A stretch of 63,494 nt of DNA, counting the filler, from Octopus bimaculoides (taxonomy: Eukaryota): assembly GCF_001194135.2 (NCBI RefSeq). It is 5 parts of 5 records of this genome, joined end to end, with 100 filler letters (N's around TTAATTAATTAA, not from the genome) between each part and the next. Parts side by side here need not be neighbours in the genome. Positions count along the whole stretch, not along the records: positions 45,331 to 58,278 come from NC_069001.1; positions 58,379 to 63,494 come from NC_068990.1; 3 more parts are not named here. One strand, 5' to 3'. Within the stretch, counting starts at the first letter, position 1. Each line of letters starts with the position of its first letter. A model generated the notes under the pieces. It searched no databases and had not been told where the DNA came from. It was given only the letters and a program-made list of their open reading frames with translations. Made by a program: the position numbers and the translations under genes. Positions 52,269-63,494 of the stretch are shown here, one piece after another.

Positions 52269-55200
52269 TGGGTGTGTAAGACGAGTCCACTTCGAAAGAT
52301 GTTCGGAGACAGAGCAGAGACTTTAAAAGGAATTCGAAACGGTTTCTAGGTACTTAGTTTTTCTTAACTTAACAGTAATGTTTTTCTAACTGATCTCCCG
52401 GTATAATACTTGTAGTTTGGAAACAAACTTGGGATTTATACTGGTTTGCTTGGATATTTTTTTACAATAATGTATTTTTTCGCTCGGCGACCTCAGTTCT
52501 TGCGTCAAAGTAATTAGCTTCCTCTCAAGAGCTGGAAATGAAGAACCGCTGTAGAATTCTGGTATGTTTTGTACAAGATGTAATTGGCAAGGTGTGAGCT
52601 CATTATTCCCCTTACATTATTGCGGTTTACCATTCAATATGGCGGCAAATATTATTGGTGTTCTCTTGGAGTTTTGTTTTCCACTTAATTTGTTTCTGTC
52701 TAATAGTTTTATTAGTAGATGTTTTGCAGGATTCCCATAAGTATTCATTAATTAAGAGTTAAAGCAGCCGCGTATAGAAAGGTATTAATTGTCTAGTAAT
52801 TAATATCATATAATTCCATGTGCACTCCAACATCATCGATAACTTTTAATATTAAAGCAGCAGTTTTTTCTTTAACCTCGTCAAAGCTTATAAAAACTGA
52901 AAAGTTTTTGTTTTCTTTTACGAACTGTGGCTAAATATATTCTACAACCATCACTGTCGAATCGATCACATGCCGGGATATACAAGAGTTTAGTGATGGC
53001 AGTAGCTGTTTCTTTCGATTATTTTCGATCTCTCTCATAGCAGATGTTGGTCGGTTTTCATTGTTTTGAGAAGATAGGTTAGTATCAGATGAGTTGGTGG
53101 AGCAATTACTATCGGCGATTGCCATTTTCTCGCAAAGAAAGAATCATGTTATCGAAGCTGTTTGCCGTAAAATACTTTAAGTCTAGTTGAGGTGGTTCTA
53201 GTATATTTTTAGCCATTTCATATAGCCAATAGAAGGGTTACCTCGAGCTTTTTCGTAGCACCGAAGCGAAATGTGCAAAGACAAGTGAAGTGAGAAGAGT
53301 ACTTATGTCGTCTTCAATAACAGGCATCGAGTGCTGCTTACGTTGATATCGGTGTTGGTGTCGTTATCAATATCAGCCAGGAACGTAGAAGGGACCCTTG
53401 GATAAATTTTGGTAATAATAGCAGAAGAAATAAATTAGTTACTGATTAAGGCTGAAAGAGGGTGGCATAATTGCAAAAGAAACGTTCAAATAGCATTTCA
53501 AGTAGTCCTCTACGCATGCACGTAGACAGTGCCATATTTTATGTACGTATGTATGTATGTATGTATGTGTTTATGTGCGTACATACTACGTACACACACA
53601 CATGCGCATAGTACACAAAACAAAATGTGAAAGATTTATTTATTCATTCTAAGCTGATAATTCACTCTGTCGCCTCAGAGAGTCTTCATCACGTGCAACA
53701 TTTCACGCAACAAAAGGTTAACGATCAGATTTCATTACGTATTCACAAAGTATGTTACACTCAAATCGAATCGTTTATCTGAGGTAAGCTTTCGTCGGGG
53801 AGTTAATAAGTAGTCTGGTGTGAATAATTGTTATGAGGGAGGAGATATGTAAAAATATCCAATAAAGTTTTCACATTCAATGTGCTGAAATCTTGGCAGT
53901 CACTCATACCTAGAGAAGTTATTACTGTGTTGAAACCCAATGAACTTGAAGGGTAGTTTGATACTGCATCAAGGTGCAAGTAGATAATATAGAATTTTTA
54001 ATTTAGCATCGTGAATGCTAGGGTCAGAGTATAGAAACTTTCCTTAACTCAATGTGGAGTGAAGTGCATTTTCGAGAATAATCTAACTTCCAGCGATACC
54101 ATGCAATCCGTTGTTCTTCAGCTTTCATATAAGCAAAACTGACCAGTAAAATACTATTTAATTGGTACTTCCACACATATACATACCTATACACACACAC
54201 ACACACACACACACACAACACGCGCGCGCGCACTCACACACATACATGCACACATATTAGAAGCAATATGAAATATCCTATGAAATTAATAAGTTACTGA
54301 CAGAGTGTTTCACGTGTGCTGTAACTGTGTTGATTTTCGGTGCATGTTTCTTTGTGAACTTATATATAGTATTATAGTGTTATCAACAAATAATTTTCTG
54401 TCCTGTTCTGTTCAGTGTATTGCATTACAATATGCTGCATCTGATCCTTGCTGTAAATGCAGAGAAACTTGTACACCTCTAAATATATGGTCACCTGTAT
54501 CTCTGTACAAATGTTGGGAGACGTTAGTCGAATAAATCTTTAGAGACATCAGTCAGATTGCCTTCATGACTTTCAGAAGAAAAATTGCGACTGTGACAAA
54601 TTCCTTCAATAAATCTAAAATATATTTTAAAAAATAACATTTGTCGTTTATGTAACGGCAATATTTAATTATATCGATATCGAATATTCTGCATACAATA
54701 CACACACATTCGTACACGGTATTTTAGAACTGCAGGTTGTGCTTTTTTAAAGTTGCTATTTGTTGAAATTTCGTTATTCATGCTATAAATATAACGGCTA
54801 AAACATAGTAGAAATATAAAAATGATTTATGTTTTATATATTATGTTATCTTTTACCATTCAGTAAAAACGAAAACGTGTCTCGAAATGCCTAGCACAAT
54901 GCAACCGCTGTACATTGCATGTGCATATTTAATCGATCCTTCATTTGATCGATTATGTAAGTAGGGGTACAGAGCATCTGGCTACAAAGCTGTTCTTTTC
55001 AAAGCTAATATAGAATTACGTGTTTTGTATATTAATTTATATTGACCTTATTAGATACTGATTTCTTTTTACAATTCTCTTAATCATCATTCAGTCTACT
55101 TAATGACGTCACAAATTAAAATAAAATTTTCTCTAGACATGATGCATACACCCATTATCAATCATTAAACTAAGAGCAACTGTACTTCCTTTGTCCATGA

Positions 55201-55324
55201 AACGGATAGTGGACAATAAAATCGAGACAGTGGTCTGATACCTATAACTTGTGCACATTATCTCAATGTATGCAAAATTTAGCAAAAGTATGTTTTTCTC
55301 TATACGTGCATATATATAGTTTTA

Positions 55325-55778
55325 AATCTCTGAGCGAGAAATAAATAGTAACAGTACTGGATAGTAAGGTTTTTTTGCCAACGTAAAGTGGCAGTCCTGC
55401 TCAGGGCGATGTTATTACTGTTTAGCCTCAGGAAAACATCTTTTCTAGCTGGCTATCGGTGCAACATCTGTATTCGCATACTGTGAGCAAAGTAACTAAT
55501 GCTCTCTCTCCAGCTTAGTGATACATGCAGACCAATGGTTTCTGGGTTATTTCCTCTCCTCGGTGTAGGACAATCGCTAGCTAGAGATGGTAGTGACTCT
55601 CCCCGCTCACAGTATATACTTTAAAGTGACACATACTCGCTGATCTCGTAAAGAGAAAAACAACTAGTTTTGAATCTCTGAGCGAGAAATATGTAGTAAC
55701 AGTACTGGATAGTAAAATCTATTGGCCGACGTAAAGTAGCAGTCCAACTTAGGACGATGTCACTACCGTTAAGCCCCA
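55325..55778. repeat. Two diverged ~105-bp direct repeats, 348 bp apart
   Basis: aatctctgagcgagaaata..tagtaacagtactggatagtaa at 55325 and 55673. Confidence 0.75.
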
Positions 55779-56744
55779 CAAAAGTTATTAAAAAAACTCT
55801 TTACTCTATCTATTTGCGAAAAACGAAATTACTTTCCTACTGNNNNNNNNNNNNNNNNNNNNNNNNNNNNNNNNNNNNNNNNNNNNNNNNNNNNNNNNNN
55901 NNNNNNNNNNNNNNNNNNNNNNNNNNNNNNNNNNNNNNNNNNNNNNNNNNNNNNNNNNNNNNNNNNNNNNNNNNNNNNNNNNNNNNNNNNNNNNNNNNNN
56001 NNNNNNNNNNNNNNNNNNNNNNNNNNNNNNNNNNNNNNNNNNNNNNNNNNNNNNNNNNNNNNNNNNNNNNNNNNNNNNNNNNNNNNNNNNNNNNNNNNNN
56101 NNNNNNNNNNNNNNNNNNNNNNNNNNNNNNNNNNNNNNNNNNNNNNNNNNNNNNNNNNNNNNNNNNNNNNNNNNNNNNNNNNNNNNNNNNNNNNNNNNNN
56201 NNNNNNNNNNNNNNNNNNNNNNNNNNNNNNNNNNNNNNNNNNNNNNNNNNNNNNNNNNNNNNNNNNNNNNNNNNNNNNNNNNNNNNNNNNNNNNNNNNNN
56301 NNNNNNNNNNNNNNNNNNNNNNNNNNNNNNNNNNNNNNNNNNNNNNNNNNNNNNNNNNNNNNNNNNNNNNNNNNNNNNNNNNNNNNNNNNNNNNNNNNNN
56401 NNNNNNNNNNNNNNNNNNNNNNNNNNNNNNNNNNNNNNNNNNNNNNNNNNNNNNNNNNNNNNNNNNNNNNNNNAAAAATAACAACAAAACTACAAAGGAT
56501 TCCGCGGTACACGTGTTTCAAGCTTTATATGTGTATAATTTACAATATAAAGCTATCCTCAGCCGCAAAATTATTTCTCTCCCAGGAAATTATACCACAT
56601 CGGCGTTAAAGTAGGAAGAAAGGTGTGATGTAAGAGGTGAAGATCCTTTAGGTATTCTGTATAGTACTATACCTCGTATAATTCTCCACCCACACATAAT
56701 CTCTCCGGTCCTCCGAAAACCGTCCATACCTTGCCACGATTCAC

Positions 56745-58150
56745 ACTGATTTAGTAGGTATATATTTATTATCAGAACTTCAACTTGAAAACTTAAAATT
56801 GGAGGGTGGTTTATATAGGGATGACCTCTTATTATTAACTAAATTTTGCACCAATGGAACACTAGAATTATATAAGAAGAGAATATATAGTTTTTTTTAA
56901 AGAATTGAATTAAAGATTACTATATATAATGAGAACTATAATATAAATTATTTAGATACTAATTTTAACTTATCTACAGGTAATACCCAACCTTATCATA
57001 AGATTAATGAAAATATTAAATACATTCATGCGAAAAGTAATCACCCACCCTCAATTAAGAAATCGTTAACATTTACTATAGGTAAGAGAATATCATTACT
57101 TTCATCCAATTTAGAGATCTTCGAAAAACATGCACCTTATTACAATAAAGCCCTTCGTGAGGCGGAATATACTAATGATATTCAATTTTTTATAATCCGA
57201 AGTATAATCATAATTTTAATAGTAATGATTATAATATTAATGATGATTTTCATAAACATAACCTTTATAATTATGATAAGATCTATTTAGGTAATTATGG
57301 TAAGAATAATAGGTATTATGATAATAAATTTCATAAGCATAAACATAATTATAATGGACACAATAATAGATTTAATTTTAATTCTTTTAATGATAATAAT
57401 AAATTTGATAGTATAAATAATAAATATAATAATATCTATAATAAGAACAAACTTTGGCTAATCATTCCATACGGCGTTCAAGTTAAAACTAACATTATTA
57501 AATAAATTTAAAAAGTAATTGATATATTCCTTAAAGATAATAAAAAATATTATAATATCTTTTCTAATAATAATTTGGGTGTAGGTTATTCTGCTACTAA
57601 TAATGTGGTAACATTATCTCTTCTTTCAATAGATTTAAGTTAAATAATTATTATAAATATAAATTAAATACTTATTCTAATAATAATAATAATAATGAGG
57701 ACCAGGATATAATTAATTGTACATGTAGAGATAAGACTAAATGTAAATTTAATAGTAAATGTAATTTGAAGGATGTCATGTATAAATGTATAGTGACTGT
57801 AACGGACGGTAATAAACTTAATGGTTATAATTTAAATAAATTTCACATAGGATCGACTTCTAATAAAATCAAATTACGGGTGGCTCAACACATGCACACC
57901 TTTAAGAATAGAAATTTGATTAATTCTACTAGCCTTAGTAAATATATTTGGGAACTTAAGTCCAAAAATATTAAGTACATTTTACATTGGGAGATAGTTT
58001 GTAAGGCGAAATCATATCGTACAGGTAATAATTTTTGTAAGTTATGTACTAATGAATTTAAGGAGATATTATTAAATAATTATAATACTTTGATTAATTC
58101 TTTTGATGAACGAAAAATTAAATGTAGACATAAATTATTTATATAATAAG
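56745..58150 (+). mobile_element. 5'-truncated Penelope-like element: RT C-terminal half plus GIY-YIG endonuclease (disrupted)
   Basis: TDLVGIYLL...GGLYRDD...YIHAKSNHPPSIKK...KRISLLSSN...YYNKAL; then CTCRDKTKC..C; VMYKC...HIGST...H..TF...TSLSKYIWELK...FCKLC...CRH. Confidence 0.92.
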
Positions 58151-58379
58151 TTTAGCTAACTGTGTCTATATATATATATACATATATATATATATGCATA
58201 TATATATAGACGTAGACATACACGCACGCATACACATTCAAACACACACTTACACACATACACGCACACATACACATANNNNNNNNNNNNNNNNNNNNNN
58301 NNNNNNNNNNNNNNNNNNNNNNTTAATTAATTAANNNNNNNNNNNNNNNNNNNNNNNNNNNNNNNNNNNNNNNNNNNNG

Positions 58380-58955
58380 TCGTGGTGGTGGTGGTGGTGG
58401 TGGCGGCGGCGGCGTTGGTGATGTTTTGATGATACTGATCACGATCGTGTATGATCATGATGATAAAGATAATGGTGATGATGTTGGTGATAGTGAGGGT
58501 TATGGAGGTGGTTGTAAAAAAAATGTTGAATAGGAGGGTGTTGCTGCTGCTGCTGCTGCTGGTGATGACAAAGAGGAGGAGGACGATGACGATGACGATG
58601 ATGATGACGAGGACGATGACGACGATGAGGATGATGATGATAATGATGATGACGATGATGATGATTATAATGATGATGATGACGACGACGACGACGACGA
58701 CAATGATGAGGATGATAACGATGATGATGGTGGTGGTGGTGGCAGTGGTGATGGCAGTTGTGGTGGTTGTAGTGGTGCTGGCTGTTGTTGTTGTGGTAGT
58801 GGTCGACGTTGTCTTTGTGGTCTTGGTGGGTGGGGGCGTGAAGATGACGGTGATGGTGATGGTTATTGTGGTGGTAATGATGAAGATGATGATGATGTTG
58901 ACAATGATGATTATGGTGATGTGGGATTAGTAGTGATGATGATGATGATGGTCAG
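58380..58955. repeat. Compound (GAT)/(GAC)/(GGT) trinucleotide low-complexity tract
   Basis: Direct reading; source of the Met/Val-rich ORF at 58451-58930. Confidence 0.9.
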
Positions 58956-59263
58956 GAGGAAAGATGACACCAAATGTGACATCAAATGTGATCAGTTGCC
59001 GTGCACCAATGACACACGTTTCAGCCCCTTAATTAATAATTTCTGCATTTATTTGCTTTCATTCAGTATCTGATGACATTTTAAGTCATCAACTTGCCGG
59101 ATTTATTCACACACACACACACAAATAGCATATGTACACCCACTCATACATTAATGCACAAACACACACACACGCTATTATGAGAGAATTCTGAATACCC
59201 ATACGTGACTGAAAGTGGATTAATGGATTTCAATAGATAAAGAACTGCGTGAACTGTCTAGGG

Positions 59264-59543
59264 CAGGGGTTTTCAAACTGTGGTCCGCAAGGACAAGACA
59301 GGGGGTCCGTGGACAACAAATACTTTTTTATGGGCAATTTGATTCTATATATGTTTTTTAATCGAAATCTTTTAATTGACAATAAACTTATTTGTTAAAT
59401 ACTGTTAAATAAATAAATGTAAAAATATATGTTATTTTAAGCAAACATTTATGTATAAATTTCATAAGCGTTTATAAGGGGGTCCCTAAGGTAAATCCTG
59501 AAATATAAAGGGGTCCGCAAGTCAAAAAGTTTGAAAACCCCTG
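59264..59543. mobile_element. hAT-type MITE (280 bp)
   Basis: Perfect 16-bp TIR caggggttttcaaact / agtttgaaaacccctg; perfect 8-bp TSD gtctaggg at 59256-63 and 59544-51. Confidence 0.95.
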
Positions 59544-59686
59544 GTCTAGGGCAGTTGATATTGTTGGTTGACCGCATTGGTTATGGTGTTAATGCAACGT
59601 GTGTTGGTTTACTATCATACCTACGTTCGAATAGCACGAAATGAGCTCTGTGTGAACATAATGATTCTGCGATAAGTTATCTTGAT

Positions 59687-59974
59687 CAGTGCTGCTCAAA
59701 GTGGTGGTCTGCGGACTGGTGCCGGTACGCGGCGTGTTTCCAGAAAAGAAAGAAACAATATAAAATGCGTATAAAATACTTATAAAATGCTTATGTAATA
59801 TTGTATTATTTGTTTACAAAATAAGTATAAGATAATAAAAAAATGTCTGCCTTTATTATATTCACTATATATATTGTTTCCGATATAAATTAATATTACT
59901 AAGAAATATTACCGGTCCCTGGCACATTGGGGGAAAAACTGCTGGTACACCACAGCATAATTTAAGAAGCTCTG
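59687..59974. mobile_element. Second hAT-type MITE, diverged TIRs
   Basis: cagtgctgctcaaa versus the reverse-complemented right end cagagcttcttaaa; TSD atcttgat / atctagat (7/8). Confidence 0.7.
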
Positions 59975-60282
59975 ATCTAGATAACCACATTCCATTTATT
60001 TAGGTAATACTATTTTACACCCGACGTCAACCTGCACGTCATAACACATACATACATACATACACACATACACACATACATACATACATACATACATACA
60101 TACATACATACACACGTACATACATATAAATACTGGTGGAAGCTCCAATAAAAACAGCAATTCGGTGCAAACACAACAGTCCTGATATTGTTCTATGGGA
60201 CAGGGGACAAAAGTCATGCACTATTGCAGAGGCCAGCTGTCCAACGGATGTGAATGTACCATCAAAAGTCCAGGAATAAAAG

Positions 60283-61242
60283 TATAGCGTTGTTTAAGCT
60301 ATACGCAAACAAACTAGTGGAGACGAGAATACATTTATCAAAGATTTATTACTTTGTGTGCATCAGGGCTTAAGTCGTCAGTTATTTCTGTTTAGTTCAC
60401 TCAAATTCGTTTCACACTCAATGTTGACATTCTTTTGTTTTCCTTCTCCTACCGGAAGTCCCTTTTGTTTTACTGCTGACCAACTTCCTAGCTAGCCCGC
60501 AGCGAAGTTTCTGTCTACAGTTCGTCTGTCACGAATCCTGCCCTACATAGTTCCCCATCAGAACTGTTGACTGTCATTGGAAACGGGAAGGCGTTTTAAT
60601 TGTCCTGCCCATGCGTGTGGTTACTCGATTCTTTGATGACTGTTCCTTGTCAAGGGTTGGTGTGATCTGTTTAGGATGGTCCCTGTTTGGTGGTTGGGCC
60701 ACCTGAACGGGGCTGTCAATATCGAAATCGGCCGGTTTCAATCTATCGATGGTTAGAATGTCCAGCACCCTCGTTGCCGTGTCTTCGTCTAGTGCCGCTA
60801 CAATGTGCGAGTGCTTCGTTTGGTCGGCCGTTACCTTGTTTATATCGAATTGAGCTTCCGCTTGCGTGAATCACAGTTCAGCCCTCTTAGGCCAGAACTG
60901 TGGTAGCCTCAATGTTGTTTTGTTGCTAGCCATGTTTGTTTCGGTTGCGGGAACTGTTGTTCTATCGTCGGGGTCACCAGTTATAGCTTTAAGCTATACG
61001 CAAACAAACAAGTGGAGACGAGGATACATTTATCAAAGATTTATTACTTTGCGTGCATCAGGGCTTAAGTCGTCAGTTATTTCTGGTTAGTTCACTCAGA
61101 TTCGTTTCACACTCAATGTTGACATTCTTTTGTTTCCCTTCTCCTACCGGAAGTCCCTTTTGTTTTACTGCTGACCAACTTCCTAGCTAGCCCGCAGCGA
61201 AGTTTCTGTTTGCAGTTCGTCTGTCACGAATACTGCTCTACA
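60283..61242 (-). mobile_element. Internally deleted Gypsy-like LTR mini-element (LTR-PBS-gag/IN fusion-PPT-LTR)
   Basis: LTRs at ~60283-60547 and ~60982-61242 (about 10 substitutions in ~255 bp by eye, AATAAA on the minus strand); PBS tggtgaccccgacg (60966-79) complementary to the tRNA-Trp 3' end; purine tract gatggggaacta before the 3' LTR. No clean TSD. Confidence 0.9.
60574..60933 (-). pseudogene. In-frame Gag N-terminus/integrase C-terminus fusion ORF with one internal stop
   Basis: MASNKTTLRLPQFWPKRAEL*FTQAEAQFDINKVTADQTKHSHIVAALDEDTATRVLDIL joined to TIDRLKPA...TRMGRTIKTPSRFQ*; TGA at 60871-73 where the Gag motif has Trp. Confidence 0.8.
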
Positions 61243-63419
61243 CTACAGTAAGCTATCTACTTTCTATTCTTTGTGATACAACAAATTTCAGCAGTTACGT
61301 AACTCCTTTTCTAAACGATTTCTGGATATCAGAAAATGTCTTTGAAAAGTAAGTAAAGATTAGAAATCTATATTGATGATAAGAACAAAGAATAAAAATT
61401 TTAAAAATTTTAAATAAATAAAAATATATGTAATTTACAATGTTTCCCAACTTGAACAATTAAAAAATGGCACTGCATCAAGAATGGTCAGCAACATAAA
61501 AACATTCACTTATCAGGGCATCATTGGTTGACATTATAGAACACAATTCTGTCTTTCTTTTTTTTTTCAACAATTCAAACAAAATTCATAATAACAAAAC
61601 AAAAATAATTATTCTGTAAAAAAAAAATGGCCACCAAATATTCCTGAAAAGAATGAATCTTTAAAAAACAAAAAGTATTTTTCAATTAGTGAATATTAAA
61701 ATTTAATATTTACATATGACTCTCAAAAATGATAGACTTCGCAGAACTTAATTACTCCTAAACTTGCAATAATAGTTACTTTTTAACGAATTTTTTTCAT
61801 ATCTTGATACGTACATTTTGTTTTACTATATCTTAAANNNNNNNNNNNNNNNNNNNNNNNNNNNNNNNNNNNNNNNNNNNNNNNNNNNNNNNNNNNNNNN
61901 NNNNNNNNNNNNNNNNNNNNNNNNNNNNNNNNNNNNNNNNNNNNNNNNNNNNNNNNNNNNNNNNNNNNNNNNNNNNNNNNNNNNNNNNNNNNNNNNNNNN
62001 NNNNNNNNNNNNNNNNNNNNNNNNNNNNNNNNNNNNNNNNNNNNNNNNNNNNNNNNNNNNNNNNNNNNNNNNNNNNNNNNNNNNNNNNNNNNNNNNNNNN
62101 NNNNNNNNNNNNNNNNNNNNNNNNNNNNNNNNNNNNNNNNNNNNNNNNNNNNNNNNNNNNNNNNNNNNNNNNNNNNNNNNNNNNNNNNNNNNNNNNNNNN
62201 NNNNNNNNNNNNNNNNNNNNNNNNNNNNNNNNNNNNNNNNNNNNNNNNNNNNNNNNNNNNNNNNNNNNNNNNNNNNNNNNNNNNNNNNNNNNNNNNNNNN
62301 NNNNNNNNNNNNNNNNNNNNNNNNNNNNNNNNNNNNNNNNNNNNNNNNNNNNNNNNNNNNNNNNNNNNNNNNNNNNNNNNNNNNNNNNNNNNNNNNNNNN
62401 NNNNNNNNNNNNNNNNNNNNNNNNNNNNNNNNNNNNNNNNNNNNNNNNNNNNNNNNNNNNNNNNNNNNNNNNNNNNNNNNNNNNNNNNNNNNNNNNNNNN
62501 NNNNNNNNNNNNNNNNNNNNNNNNNNNNNNNNNNNNNNNNNNNNNNNNNNNNNNNNNNNNNNNNNNNNNNNNNNNNNNNNNNNNNNNNNNNNNNNNNNNN
62601 NNNNNNNNNNNNNNNNNNNNNNNNNNNNNNNNNNNNNNNNTATATATATATATATATATATATTTACACACATACATACACGCATACAATACATTCATAG
62701 ACACATAATGCATACATATATACATACCTCCATATATACGTAATATATACATACATACAGTAATATTTATTTCGATTTTCGTTGACTTATTTTCCACTGT
62801 TGTTGTCTTTCATTATTTACTCCTCCAGTATCCCCGCTATTGGCCTGTGACCCCTTATTAAATTTTAAATAGATGTCAAGCGTGAATATTTTGTTTTGTT
62901 TTGTTTTTTTTTTCATGAGAAAAACAAAAACAACTCACAGTAATAACAAGAATAACAAACGTTAACGCAAAGTAGTGATGACGTCACCGGCTCTAACCGT
63001 TACCACCGCCATCGACGACACCACCGCTATCACCGCCATCGTCGTTCCCAACACCAGCAACATCTCCAGGAAAGAAGCGATAAAGTGTAAGTTTTCAGAT
63101 GAGATCAGTTAAGTTCAAATTGTTGGTGAGTCTACAGTCTATAGTACACACGTCTTTGTGGTGGGGGTGTTTGTCTTGACATACGGATAGTAGCCTAGTT
63201 GTCTAGATAACCAAACATATACATACATACATACATACATACATACATACATACATACATACATACATACATACATACGTATGTATGTAGGCTCGAAACG
63301 TTAAAGACTTTTTCACTTCCCGAGCATTAAACTAATACATCTGTTTGTTGTCTACACCACCTGTTTTCGTCTTTTGTTTGTTTTGTTTTGTTTTTTTGTG
63401 TGTGTGAATTCTCCCTATA

Positions 63420-63494
63420 TACTTTATTTAAAAGCAGCAGAAATATAACCAAAAACTGTTACTCGGAGTTTCACGTTCATCGGACAGTTTTGTT
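63420..63494 (-). repeat. Second copy of the hammerhead-bearing repeat, stem II collapsed; cut by the window edge
   Basis: Minus strand: aacaaaactgt-CCGATGA-acgt-GAAAC-tccga-GTA-acagt...atatttctgctgcttttaaataaag. Confidence 0.7.

Noticed and set aside
58451-58930. 159-aa Met/Val-rich ORF
   Set aside because: Product of compound trinucleotide repeats.

Overview
Repeat-saturated, AT-rich animal genomic DNA from a gapped draft scaffold. It is most likely a cephalopod (Octopus-like); this is an inference from the SINE families, the extreme microsatellite density and the TTAATTAATTAA gap spacers. No host protein-coding exon, rRNA, true tRNA or CRISPR array was recognised, and most ORFs in the supplied track are microsatellite or N-gap artefacts. 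The interpretable content is mobile DNA: two mariner copies (one a fold-back derivative), two hAT MITEs, many tRNA-derived SINEs, and fragments of RTE, CR1/Jockey-like, R4/Dong-like, L1/Tx1-like and Penelope-like retroelements. Three things stand out. (1) A ~960-bp two-LTR Gypsy mini-element with a tRNA-Trp PBS, whose interior is an in-frame Gag-N-terminus/integrase-C-terminus fusion (60283-61242). (2) A ~1.7-kb ORF1-only 'half-L1'-like element with a perfect 18-bp TSD (50577-52268), plus a probable relative at ~41340-42470. (3) A family of minimal hammerhead-ribozyme-like motifs with a CCGAUGA core set in palindromic repeats (41149-41310, 63420-63494, related motif at 139-202). Everything was read by eye; fragment boundaries are approximate unless a TSD or TIR fixes them.
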